A stretch of DNA of 64,000 nt from positions 318,353 to 382,352 of the forward strand of contig JAKMXF010000055.1 in NCBI GenBank assembly GCA_024704765.1, written 5' to 3'. Position numbers and translations under genes: made by a program. Positions 43,740 through 56,730 of this stretch are shown here, in pieces; the first letter of the stretch is position 1; every line of letters begins with the position of its first letter. This DNA is from Oopsacas minuta (lineage: Eukaryota; Animalia; Porifera). The notes under the pieces are model-generated. The model saw only the letters and a program-made list of their open reading frames with translations, ran no database searches and was not told where the DNA came from.

Positions 43740-46450
43740 TCTCTAGAAAGCAATCATAGAACCGAAAAATTGAGAAACATTGAAACTGCTGCAAAACTAT
43801 AGTAAAAGAAATAAGAAGTACAAATCTCATAATGTCTATCCTGGTTGTGAATCTTTGAAGTCTGAGAATGAGTGCATGAATATTATTCCAGATTGCCTCA
43901 GACATTTTAAGAGAATTATTGTTGGGAAGGGTGTTTGTATAAAAACGGCCTCTATTGGCAAGTGATGTTGCAAGCATCCGCGAATCCTTCTAGTCCCTCT
44001 ACAAATAGGGTTAGGAGTACAATTGCATGAACATTTCGCATCACGTTTTCTTATCGACACCCTTCGTCATCATGGATTCTGCTGCTCATACCAAGAAGTT
44101 CAGACGTTTGGAAGAAATGCAACTGTCTTGTCACTTGGAACTGACATACCTAGGTATATTGCTGAGTTTATTCAGAATCTTGCACACAATGTAGATTATA
44201 ATATCCAGCCCTGGACGGAAACAATACATTCCCTGGAATAGGAGTAATTGCTACTTTTTCCCCATCAATCAAGCTTAGTAAACCCATCCCAGAGGATAGG
44301 TTGCTTCGAAACTATATCTTTGGTATGACAAATTCCGATTCTATGGCACAGGGAAGAAAATAGTGGGCTGACTGATGTAACATACACGAGGCTAGTATTA
44401 ATGAAACAGAGGATCACATTGCAGATCTTGACCTTCTGTAGAAGACGTCTTTCATGATTGCCTCGTAAGACCAGGATGGTCAGGGATCATACAATTTTTA
44501 CATCAAGGTACCCATACGGGAAAATCATCACTCATTTTCCTCCCCGTTACTGACATGAATCCTGCTAATGTCACCTGTGTTTATTTAGTTTCTTGGGCTG
44601 TATAGGACATCTTTTGCCGATCAGGGCTAAGGAAGTGCTGGAGCTCATCTATGCGTCCAATGCAGTCGTGCACTTAATGACCGGTAAGGCTATCGGACGA
44701 GAAACAAGAACTCATCTCATTGTCGTTTCAGCACTTAATTGCTTCTTTCTGTCACATATTTTTGATCTGCCCTTGCCTCACCACCCAAGAGAAAGAGAAA
44801 ATATGGATTCTCTTGAGACCACTAATGCAACATTATCTACACATTGAAATGGAAATCCTGATTTGAATGAATTTAGTGTCTTGTACAATAAATGAATTGA
44901 CTGATCTGTCGACGCAGAGGAGGTTTGTAATCTTGTTGTGCTAAGTAGAATCAAGGACTTTATCGAACAAAAATTAGAAACCTTTAAACCTAGGACTGCT
45001 ACAGTCATGATTATGGTGGATGTCCTACGCAAATTTATCAGAGCAGAACCTACTTGAAACTGGTTATTGCCCATTGAGACAATATCGGAAATGTTTCCCT
45101 TCCTAGCAGCATCTGGACAAAATCTCTACACGAAATCTGTCCTTGTTTATTTGTAACAAATGCACGAACTTAGGGTTGAAGATTTAGACATTCGCCAGCA
45201 ATTTCAAGTAGGCTATCATGTAATTAGACGATGTGATCGTCTATGTGTAGGCTTATATTCAGATAAAATCTTTGAACAGGTGCTGATGAGAAACATGAAA
45301 ACTATTGGTGGCCTAACAAGAGGGCGAGGAATAACAGCCATATTAGAGGCAATAGCGTCTTATATGGCTGCTCTCCATGCTGGCTTGCGCTGAATTTAAC
45401 AATGGTATGCAGGGAGTAACAGAAATAAACTACAACAAATGTGACCAGAACAAAGACATAGCAAATGCTGGACAAGCACATTACATGAAAGACACAATGA
45501 CTCTTCTTAGGATCTCAATGAAAGAAATCCCTTCAGTTATTATCAAAATTTCTCAATATCTCAACTGGAGTCAACGCACACAACATGTTCACAATGCTAA
45601 AGCAATTCGTAGCATCATACAGGACAACATGGATGTACCAACTGGTACTGAGTACACATTCAGAAAGAAAGATCAAGTTATCCCTTTGGTGCAAAATCTT
45701 CAGTGATATTTGAGATGACAGTATATATGTTGATCCTCAATTACTTTCCAGAGATTGACCATTCTTCCTAGTTCGAGCTGGGCAGCTATCCACCATCTCT
45801 ATTTGATTCCTCAGTGCTCCTTAGAGAGCCACAGAAGCCAGTACTAGTAGAGGTCATACATATAGAGAGATTGTAAATTGTACACCGATATGTATAGTGA
45901 AGTATGGACTGGTGATTGTCGCGTTTGATGGTTATAACGGTATAATAACAAAAGACATGACACATAATAGAAAGAAAGGGGAATGCACTGTAGTTCCCGT
46001 GACGGTTAATGAAATAAGTAGCTAACAATGAAGAAGGATCAGGGTCTGAAGAAGATGTCATGCGACATCTTCTTCAGACCCGAACCTTGTAAGACTACAA
46101 AAGTTCCACGTGTATGGGATATGGAAGCATTCAAAAAGCAAGGACCTGATATATGTATTCATATCTTCTTCCTGCATGCTCTCCTCGGATGTGACACTAC
46201 TTCCCACCTCTATGGCATAGGGAGTTGCTCTTGAGCAATTTCACATCAACAGCAATTTTCGTGAGCAAGCCAAGATATTATACAGAGAGTCAGCATTCAT
46301 AAAAGATGTCGTAATAGCAGGGAGAAAGCTCTAGTGTGTATTTACATGATAACCCGAGGGAAGACCGCAACTAGCACTTCATATGTGCACCATAGGGTCT
46401 TCCCCCTAAATCATCAGCAGCTAAGTATCACAGCCTTCAGGTTTATTAAT
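43740..46450 (+). mobile_element. Academ-like (XPG-nuclease-containing) transposase relic
   Basis: PLQIGLGVQLHEHFASRFLIDTL, HNVDYN/LDGNNTF, LGCIGHL, GKAIGR, SDKIFEQVLMRNMKTIGGLTRGRG, VAFDGY..TKD, HALLGCDTTS..GIG and LPPKSSAAKYHSL. The family name rests on recalled AcademX architecture. Confidence 0.65.
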
Positions 46451-47534
46451 AAATAAACCTGAAAGCTGTGATACTTAGGTGCTGATGATTTAGTAGAAAT
46501 GTATATCATTGACAGAATTCAATCCACTTGAAACAGTTTGATAGCTCTTCCTTTGTAGGAATATCGTGACACTCATCTGCTAATATAGAAAATATTGGCT
46601 TTGGCTTATACTCTGTAATTGATTTCTTTAAGCTATGTGTGAAAAACCAGAAGCAAAGTTCACTGAACTTTGAGGTGTACTGAGTATTGGAAGCACCAAG
46701 AGTGAAGTCCTCTTCGGCTCTTACAGCAATCTATTTCCATTGTAACTTGTAATGCAATTAGGTTTGGGTAAACAGTGGTTTGAGGAATCTTTTTTCCCAG
46801 GATATAGATTAACCTCATAAACTAAATTACGATGCTACGATTCCTCTCTGCTCTGTATGCAGCCTCTTTTGCAGGACACTCCAGCTCAAGTACTGATTTC
46901 CCGCACTCGCCTGTTTTGACATTATATCGGTGACTGCTGCATCCTTATTACACCGTTACTCTCCGTGTGCTCTCAATAGTTTAGTCCAGCTTAATATTGC
47001 TTTCTTTGGTCACTAGTTGATCCATACTACGATACAAAATTGATTTAAGAATATCACAAAATTTTCAGGTGAAATGAGTATTTTTGTGATATACTATGCT
47101 TATTACAGAATGCGAATAAATTTAATTTTGACAATGTTGAAACATGTTAATACAAATTTACGGGTTGATTAAGTTACTGGGACAGTAGTTATTTATCTGA
47201 GAACTCCAATCTGTGTCAAAGGTAACCTACTCTTGTCTGATAATGTGGATATAATCATGTATTGTTCTCATTTTAATTGCAAATAATGCCATTTGAAAGT
47301 GTTCAATTATGTCATTAATATTTCTCTCAATTTTTGTGGGTTAGGATGATTAAAATTTTTATTTGGGTTTATAATGGTGCTGAATTAGAAGAAATTGTTT
47401 GGTAGACTATTATAACTCGAGAATTCACCCTACTTCTTATTAATATCCCACTGTGAGATAAATTTCCTACTCCTTATAAACTTATTTTCCCTTTTCAATT
47501 CGATGCTGATCTCATTAGTTTATTTTCTTTGTAG

Positions 47535-47817
47535 CACTATTTCTGATGATGATAGTCAAACTGACGATGATACTTTTCAAATTCAGCCTCCACTAGATTT
47601 TGATCAACCGGTTATTAATGCTAATCTATCTATACATATCCCTGGATCGAATCCCCTGGATCAGTTTAAAGGTTATGAACAAGTTCCTGACACTTTGCAA
47701 GGTCTCAATTCCAATTATGACCCTATGCATTTATCTCATTCGAAACATCAACAGGATGATGGGATAAATATCACATCAAAGTCTTTGCTCGATACATCTC
47801 AACATTCTAGAATACAG
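47535..47817 (+). CDS. MAP4K4: MAP4K4-like kinase, probable coding exon 5 (acidic, Ser-rich linker)
   Basis: Acceptor ttttctttgtag|C completes AG+C (Ser), matching the phase 2 end of exon 4. Open frame STISDDDSQTDDDTFQIQPP...SQHSRIQ. Donor CAG|gtattc at 47818 (phase 0). No recognisable homology, so support is splice phase and an open frame. Confidence 0.75.
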
Positions 47818-50800
47818 GTATTCTATATTGGCCACTGTAAGTTTGAAACTTGTTGCAGCTCCAATATACGTATCAATTTTACATGTGGCATGATTAATGT
47901 CATTATTTCACTATTAGAGTCAAATTCACTTATACATAATTCGAATTTGAGTCTAATGATGTTTTTCAGTGCTTGACAGATTAGGTGATTTGTTTATTGG
48001 GCTATTAGCCACCAAAATGCTTAAGCTGGTGGTTTAATTACGCCAACGAATGTTTTAATTCTATATAGCGGATACTAGGTTTCGGAAACACGAGCAAGAT
48101 GGTGACTAATCGCCACCAAATTTACTTTTTGGAGGTTATACCAATTTTAATTTTGTCGAGCACTCATTTGTTTCCATCAATTTACTAATTATTTTGTGAT
48201 ACCTTAATCAAATGATTAGATAATAAGAATTGAATGCTATTCACCAGCATTTTTGATGAACATTATGTTGAACTGAAACAAGTTTCCCATTAACAGGAGC
48301 CTTACTTGGATTTTTTATATTCTTTATTGAAAAAGTATTTTCCATTTATGTTTAACTTATATTTAGATGCTTGTAAATTTTACACTTAGTGATATATATT
48401 CATAGTATATCCAGGCCGTTTTTGGTGTATTGTAGCTATAGATCAGGTGTTTTGAAATTTATCTTGTCTTTTAGATCTGAGCTGCTTATACTAGTTAAGT
48501 TGTAACATTATTATCCGTAATTTATATAACTCAGGATCTATACTTTTGATTACTTGAAATATTTGTAGTAAAATGTATTAATTATACATGTAGTACATGT
48601 AGTAGTTTTTTGACTAGTTTTATATCCCAAAGATTTATTTTGTGTCGCCTTTTATTCTTAACCAATGTTTTCAAAGTTTCCTTCAAATCATAACTTAATA
48701 TAAGTTAATTATGACGTCATCCTTAACTTGTTTTGTTCAAATATTTCTTGAGTTTTACTGTGCCGACTAATACCATTACACATAGTATGTATAGTGGCTC
48801 AGTTCTAAAATGGTTGACTTAGTATATTCGTAGATGTTTAACTATTTATATCTATCTATGTTCTCGGTCTGCTAGGCACACCTTTAGAGATTAATATACC
48901 AAATTTTGCTTGTGTGCTCGTAATGACATCTAGTTGTGCACTTGATATTTGAAATTTTTCTAATGTGTATATTTTCATGCCTTTTGAAACCTCTGTATTT
49001 TAGCCCAATCAGATAGTAGGGTTTTGTAATTAGGCATTGATGGATAAAATTATTTCTGGTGGAATATAATGTATTGATTGTAGGCTGCATTTCTATTGGT
49101 CAATACAGTCAATTTAATTTTTTTACACTGATTTAACAAATGATTAATCATGTTTTTACACCCTTTGGTGAACATTTCATAATTAACGTTATCAAGGATT
49201 GTCTGTTCGAAATGAGGTCATATGGCTACGAATATTTGCATTACTCTCGAAAGTGCCCAACTTTAATGCTCTGTTAACATTATAATATAGTCGAACCTGC
49301 TTAACGGGCACCTCTGTAAACAGTCACCTGCCCATAGCTTCACCATTTTTGGACCCCTACATGCCCTAAACCTGTTTATCACGGCCACTTTATATAGTGG
49401 TTCCTCACAAAGGTCTTCATTTGACAAGTTCCTTTGTTTGCCATTTGTAACTACTTCCACTGTATTTAGCATATAAATAGGTTACAAAAGATCACAGAAA
49501 AGAAATTAGCAGCCAACTCGAACTAAAAAGGCGTTCAATCGTTTATTTGATTGACTTTCAGTATGGTTAGGGAACAAAACTGATAATATTTGAATGTATA
49601 GCTTTGGTGGAATACGAGAATGTTATCAGGAATGTAAAAATATGTGTGATAACTTGCCTTATGTTTTGAAAAACATATTCAAACGTCTCACCCATAATAC
49701 ATTATTTAATTAGCGTCATTATTTCTATGATATACTTTTTCTTCTGGATACTATTGAGTTTGGTCGATTATCTGTTTAAACTCCTTTATCAATATTCATT
49801 TCTTTTCGAAATATGTTATCCTGAAAAATTAACTAATTTGACGCTTGATCCACATTCAAACTATATACCTAAGTATACAGTTTAGGACGCTATTCTCTCC
49901 CATAGCATAAATTCACTTGTCGCACGTGTTTAAATATTCGCAGACACCATTGTATGATGAATATAATAATTGTCAGTATATTAATATGGAATTCCTAATA
50001 AGTTACATTTATGAAAGTTTTCTTTACAAAGTCTCTAAGAATAGATATTTTTCAACGTATTATGAAAAGCCATGTAAAATGAAAAGTATTGTTATTGTGA
50101 AATTTCTTATTAAATAAAACTACCCTAATTACCTAACTGTGAGGGTAGTAGACAATTTATCCTCCTATGGGTTGGGTGTTACCCCATACAGTTAAAATTT
50201 TGTTATTTTTGTGCCTCACTGGATCACCTCATCAGTTAAGACATTATTGTGTTTGGCACCTCTCATCTTTTAGTAGACTGTAGTTATATTGGGTGGAAAC
50301 CAAATTCTATACGATTCAATTACTGTATTTGTTCCTTAGACTGTTTATAAGCTAGTAGAAGAAAATCTTGGTCTGCAACTATATATTGCATCCAATCTTT
50401 CCATTTTCCAAACATGCTGACTCTAATTGACATATGGAAAGTTAGATTTATTCATTTTTGTTGATTACTGAATATTGGGTACGAGCGTTGTATGGTTAAA
50501 TACACACCATTCCCACTTACCATTAATGAGATCTCCTTGAATTCTCATTTATTCTTCAATATCTGAATCTATATGCCCTCTTCTACATCCTTTGCGGCTA
50601 TCATTACTCCTAACAATTCCTTCGAATTATGTTATTTCGGTCAGGGCCATCTGTTTCCTTATCAATTGTGGTTTGTCTATATGACAAATTCATGTGACTA
50701 TAGTGGAAATCATTTTCATTGTCTCTAAGTAAAATCCTTTCGTTGTTCTTATCTCTTGGCATTTTCTTCAGCTTAGACCTATTGGCGTAGCATAAGCATG

Positions 50801-51324
50801 ACATAATCGCTTGGTATTTTGCCCATTATTATATTCACCAGTTACATTTTTTTGAATTTCGTGAAATTTCAAAAAATTTACATTTAACATTGTTCGTATT
50901 ATATATTTCAGGATGATTCATTTAGCAATGGAACATATCCGTAATTGCTCCTGTCTCACAGCATACCACTTGTTGCGAAGACTTCCATTATTCTCTCCTT
51001 TTTAAATGCCATAAAAGGAAATCTCGTAAATCTCTAAAAATAATATTCTACTTAGATAAAAATTCCAAGTTCTAATAAGAACAAAATATGCAAAACACAT
51101 CGTTACTCTTCTTTCTCAATTTACATGATCCCAAGATGGTTGGAAGTGAGTTTAGTTAATTCCTGCATTGATCTTGGTCGAATATTATGCTAAATTCATC
51201 TAGTTTTCCAAGGTGGTAACTAATAAGCATTTTATACGAATTCTATATATCATTTCCAAAACAGGAATCATTTCTTTGAAATTTACATGGTACAGAGTTA
51301 GGCTTTACAAATACAGAAATCTAC

Positions 51325-51416
51325 CCATGATAACATTAAGGAATATACAATACAATGTTCGATAATCTAACCATGATAACATTAAGGAATATACAATACA
51401 ATGTTCGATAATCTAA
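51325..51416 (+). repeat. Perfect 46-bp tandem duplication
   Basis: CCATGATAACATTAAGGAATATACAATACAATGTTCGATAATCTAA occurs twice in tandem. Confidence 0.95.
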
Positions 51417-54400
51417 CCTAAGACTTAAGATGATTAGTGTTAGCATGCTCGCTCAGAATCTGGCGGAATTGTTATACGCCTTTTTTGCAGAGAACAACAG
51501 AGAGAAATCTCAGATTTATAAACTTATAACAGTTACTGCAAATTGATCTTCACTACCTCCTAAAAATCTATTAATTAAATCTCAATTTGTGTATGTATAA
51601 TAAATATATGTTCGTTCATAAAGTCCATCACCAAATATTACACCACATAACAACAACCGAATAACATTGTACTGGGGTAATCGAGTATGCTGATTCCGAA
51701 TATGATATTGTAACAAACTTAATAAATATTTGTTCATTTTTAGGGACCTAAAGTAACCAGATTTAAAGGTTATGGAAGTATCATGTTTGCTACGGTTAAG
51801 AATATGAGTTTATGTACTCGAGGATCGTTTGCCCGAGTGCGGACACTAAGTGTTCGCCTCCGCGTAAAGCGACCAAGCGAAGCGCCCTGTTTACATTAAA
51901 TCCCAAGAAATGTAAATTAAATTCTAAATGCTTAGTCACAAATTTTCGAATTTACTGCCATTATCACAATATATGGAATTATCAGGAGATGGTTTATGCT
52001 CAATTTAAAGTATGTTTGTATAATGATTCCATTTTAGAGGTAAATATAGTCTTCATTAGAGTGTGATTCAATTCTACCTCTCAAACCTTAATGTGGAGAA
52101 TAATACCCTTCTGCTATTGAATATCCTAAATAAATCCACATACAACCCTGAGTCTATTGATAAATTTTTGATTCGTTTATATAACTACACCAATGGATGT
52201 TAATAATATTTTGTTTTAAATCCACATTATGTCAGTCCTATTTGGACTGTTGTCTGACCAGACTTACCATTACGGATCATTTACCTCTCTCTATTGATTC
52301 TATCCACTATTGTTTCAGATTTATACTCCCTATACCATACACTTATTGTATTTACATTATTTGATACACGTAAGCAACTATTTCAAGTTATGAATTTCTA
52401 TTTTCGAAGTATTTAGTATACGACTATAGGATCAGGCACCCCCCACTTTTGTTATAGTGTCAATAATCGATATTTGCACCATTATAGAACTCGTAGATAG
52501 AAGTTGGAAGAGCTATATAACTCAAAATCTGATGAAAACAGACGAAGTTACTTTAGATTTCAGAGTAAGCCAAATCTTATGCGAAAATTGTATTAGATGC
52601 TATACTGAAATAATGTATACTTCGTAACCATATATTGTACTCAATTTGACATTGTCTTATGGCAATTTTCGCGTTTTACACATCAAAAATTTGATCACTC
52701 TGACTAAAATTACTTAATTTATTTCTTTTAATTAATGAAACGTATAGGCTTTTTCAATGATTGTTTGTTTATTTTGTGATATAAGACTCTTTTTTCCTAG
52801 ATATATATATACACACACACACCAGTATCTTGTACCTTTTAATTTTAGCTAGTTATTGTTGAACCTTTAAAGGGAGGTAAGTGCTGCAATGACCCAGATA
52901 TCTTTGATATCTGTGGATGTTCACTTTTGGAACTCTAAGTCGCAGCATTTCTACATTATCAAGAGAGTGTACCTTTGCTAAATTAGGGTATATTTTGGTG
53001 GCCAGGACAAAGACTGGCCCCTCATAAAGTATCCAGGACTTGGGTGGAAACTCTGAGATCATGGGCCAAAGAAAGAATTCCATGCTTAAATTTGATATTA
53101 CGATCGTTTGGAGAGGACAAAAACAATGCATTTAGATGACTGCTACTTCTGTCATGTAATGTCAAAGGATTCGATAAGAAAAGTAAGCAATATTTGAAGT
53201 ACCCTAGCATACCCTCTGCTCTACGACCGGTTCTTCATTGTGGCGAAATACCTGTGTATTTCCTGACTCCTAGAGGAAGTGTTTTGTTCTAAGTTGTTTA
53301 ATACTTCTTTATTGGAATATGTATTATCCTACAATCTACAATTATTAGTGGCGTAACTTCTACTGAGTTGATTTCTGCGATTGATATTCTGCATCAAAAT
53401 TTTGTTCTTGAATTGTTACTCTAGAAATCTTAGTTGACCATATTATATGATACTTGATAATTATGTTATACGTAGATACAAGTTTGAAATGTCCAAATCT
53501 CCTAATTCGAGGTTAATCTAGGGGTATAATACGTTCAAATACAAGGGTTGTTCATTAAGTAATGAGACTAATGTATCAATTTCCTATTCTACTTAATACA
53601 GCTCTAAGCCGAACATCAGATTACAAGGCTAACTTGATTATCTAACTTCTATACAATATCTCTTTACTCTGCTAGCATATTCTTCAGTATAAAGATTCAT
53701 TTGTATGAGCGACATTTTTCACTAATGCATTTTAGCAAAGAAGGAAAACGACAAATAATTTGGTACCTGTGGAAATACGGGAAAACTTGCCCTTACATTC
53801 TTCGTGGAATGCAGGATATTTACGGTGATGAATGTCCTTCGAAAGCCACCATATATCGATGGTTCGAACCTTTTGATAAGGTCGATGAGGACCTCCACGA
53901 TGACCATGGCCCAGATCATCCGACTTCCTCAAAAACCCGCAGTAATATCGAGAGGGCCCAAACAATTTTGGACGAGGACAGACGAATAACCCTGCGAGAA
54001 TTAGAAGAGAGGGTAGGTAAATCAAAAGCCACACTACACTCGATTATCACTGAAGATCTAGAAATATGGATGGTAACTGCGCGTTGGGTCACAAAACTTA
54101 TTTTTAAAGAACAAAAACGTGAAATGGTCAGAGTTAGTAAAGAATTACTTTCAAGATACAAGGCAGAGGAAGACCTTTTGGAATGTATAGTAACGTGGGA
54201 TGAAACTTGGATTCATTATTATGAATCAGAGAGCAAAACTCAATCGAAGCAGTGGAAGAAACGTGATGAACCTGTTACACATCAAAGTAAAGGCCGCAAA
54301 ATCAGCAGGGAAGAGAATGGCAACAGAGTTATACACCTCGACTGGTTGCCTGAGAAGACCACCATAAACAGTGAATATTACGTTGACGAATTCAAAGAAT

Positions 54401-54725
54401 TGCGTCAAGCGATTAAACGTGAGAGGCGAGGCAAGTTGACACGTGGCGTATTGCTGTAACATGACAACGCAAGGCCCCATGTAAGCTCCAAGACAATGGC
54501 TGCAATTGACGACTTAGGATTCGAATGCCTCCCTCTTCCCCCGTATAGTCCAGACCTGGCTCCCAGCGACTACTGGCTGTTTGGAGAGATGAAGAGACCT
54601 CTTCGAGGGAAGAGATTTGAGGATTTCAAACGGCTAGAGTATGAAATAAAACAGTGGGAAAATGGAACCCCTAAAGAATTCTATACCACGGGCTGTAAAA
54701 GTACCAGAACGATGGAAACCATGTA

Positions 54726-56691
54726 CACTAGAACCTCCCTAAGTGGGGTGTCTGGGAAGCACTGCTAAAATTTTGCACCCCACTTTGGGAAATACCCCAC
54801 TTCTGACAATAATTTAAAAAAATTTCATTAAGTGTTGTTCTAGATTTTATATGATTTATGGCTACTGTTCATAAAACTCAACTAAGTTTAAAGAGGAAGG
54901 TCGAAATTGCACAGGATCTATCCAAAGGAATGACCCAGTTAGATGCTGTAAAAAAGTACAAGGCCTCCAAAGGTACTGTGTCTAGGATTGGCAAGGAAAA
55001 GGAACGATGGGTAGCTATTAATTTTGAAACACTAGATAGTGCTCCTCGCAAAGGTACGGAAAGAAAGCGTATAGTCAAGGTTAAGACTATTGATCTGGAT
55101 GACAAACTTGTTGAGTATATCGTGAGAGCCCGAGATTTAAATGCTATTGTAACTGGTCCAATTATACAAAATATTGCCACAATGATTTCGAAGAAGCTGC
55201 CCAATTTAGATGGTTTAGTGCCTCTAATGGCTGGTTAGAAAGGTTCCGAAGCCGCAATAGAATTGTAAGTAGAGCTCTCCAAGGAGAAAGAGCGTCAGCT
55301 CCCATGAATGCTGTTGAGGAATTCAAGAAGGTATTACCTACTCTCCTTAAAGGTTATGACAAAAAAGATGTTCTAAATGGTGACGAGGTTGGTCTTTATT
55401 GGGAACAAAGTGGAAAAAGAACATTGCTTCAGCAAGGCACAGACCCTGCAGGAAGTAAAGTCAGCAAGAAGAGGATTACTGTGTTCATTGTTGCTGCTAT
55501 GGATGGACATATGGAGCAAATGATTGTTATTAATCAGTATTCAAAACCAAGAGCATTCTCTAGAATTCACTACGACACTAATAAACTCCCGGCATGCATG
55601 CAATGGAAAGCGACTCCCAAAGGATGGATGAATTCTACTATTTTCAAGGAGTGGCTTTTATATTTAAATACAACAATTGAAACACAGAAACGGAATGTCT
55701 TGCTCTTTCTTGATAATTTTTCCGGTCATGAATGTGGATTCGAATTAGCAAAGGAACATCTAACCCATGTCCGTGTTGAATGGTTACCACCGAATTGTAC
55801 ATCTCTGTTACAACCTATCGATCAAGGGATCGGTAACGCTTTGAAAATTAGATATCGTAAATACCTCCATGAACACATGTCTAAGATGATTTTCATCGAT
55901 AAACATCCCATGGAAGGCGTCGATATGTTGCGTGCATGTGTATGGCTTGGTAGGGTTTGGAATTCTTTACACAATACATCCACTGTTTCTCGTTGTTTTG
56001 AGAAAGCTGGTTTCCGCTTTGAATCAGATAATGAAATCATTCCAGATCTAATTTCAGATGTTGTAAATCATGATGAGCAGGATATCCTAGATCAAGAAGT
56101 TTTAATCGCTGGTCCACCTGCAGTTGTAGACGCTGATCAAGTTCTAGAAATGATTGAGTTGTTCGATGCTAAAGAAAATCAAGTTAGAAATGCCGAAGAA
56201 CAGGATGACAGTGGTGCTAAACCTGAAATTGAAATAAATGAAGAACAGGTAGACCTAGAACTAGGTAGTCGTCCAATAAGTACAAAAGAAGCCATGTTGC
56301 GTTTATCTGAACTCGAAAAGTATTTTGAACACAAAGGAATGGATGATGAAGTAGCATGGGTTATCTCAGTTCAAGACAAAATCCTGGAAAGGGTACAGGC
56401 TAATCTGATTCAACCATCAATTGACGTTTATCTGTTGAAGAAGAATAATGAAAATTAAGTGGTATAGGAAGGATACTATCCAAGTATTGAATTACTTTTA
56501 GCATATAGTAGTGATATTTTATGATATATATTCACCCCACTTAGGTACCCCGCTTTGGGAAATACCCCATTTTGGATACCCCACTTTGGGAATACAAAAT
56601 GTAAATTTTGTATACAATATTGTTTAAAATTTCAGCAGGCGCACCCCACACCCCACTTCAGACAAAAACCCCACTTTGGGAGGTTCTACTG
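54726..56691 (+). mobile_element. pogo/Tigger-type DNA transposon (1966 bp, DD35D) with one frameshift
   Basis: TA TSD at 54724-25 and 56692-93. TIR CA(C/G)TAGAACCTCCC(T/A)AAGTGGGGT with repeated CCCCACTT subterminal motifs. CENP-B-like HTH ORF 54858-55238 joins via a 1-nt shift (…ASNGWLERF) to the DDE_1 ORF ending at 56458 (GDEVG, LDNFSGH, QPIDQG). Confidence 0.93.
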
Positions 56692-56730
56692 TATAAAGTT
56701 AAAGAGGGAATTTATCGAAACATTTGATAA

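Noticed and set aside
47447-47455. Lone CCCACTGTG termini here and at about 37983-37991 as further Transib elements
   Set aside because: No partner end or TSD could be found.
47503-47976. 157-aa ORF as a standalone gene
   Set aside because: Better explained as kinase exon 5 plus intronic read-through on both sides; splice sites and phases fit.
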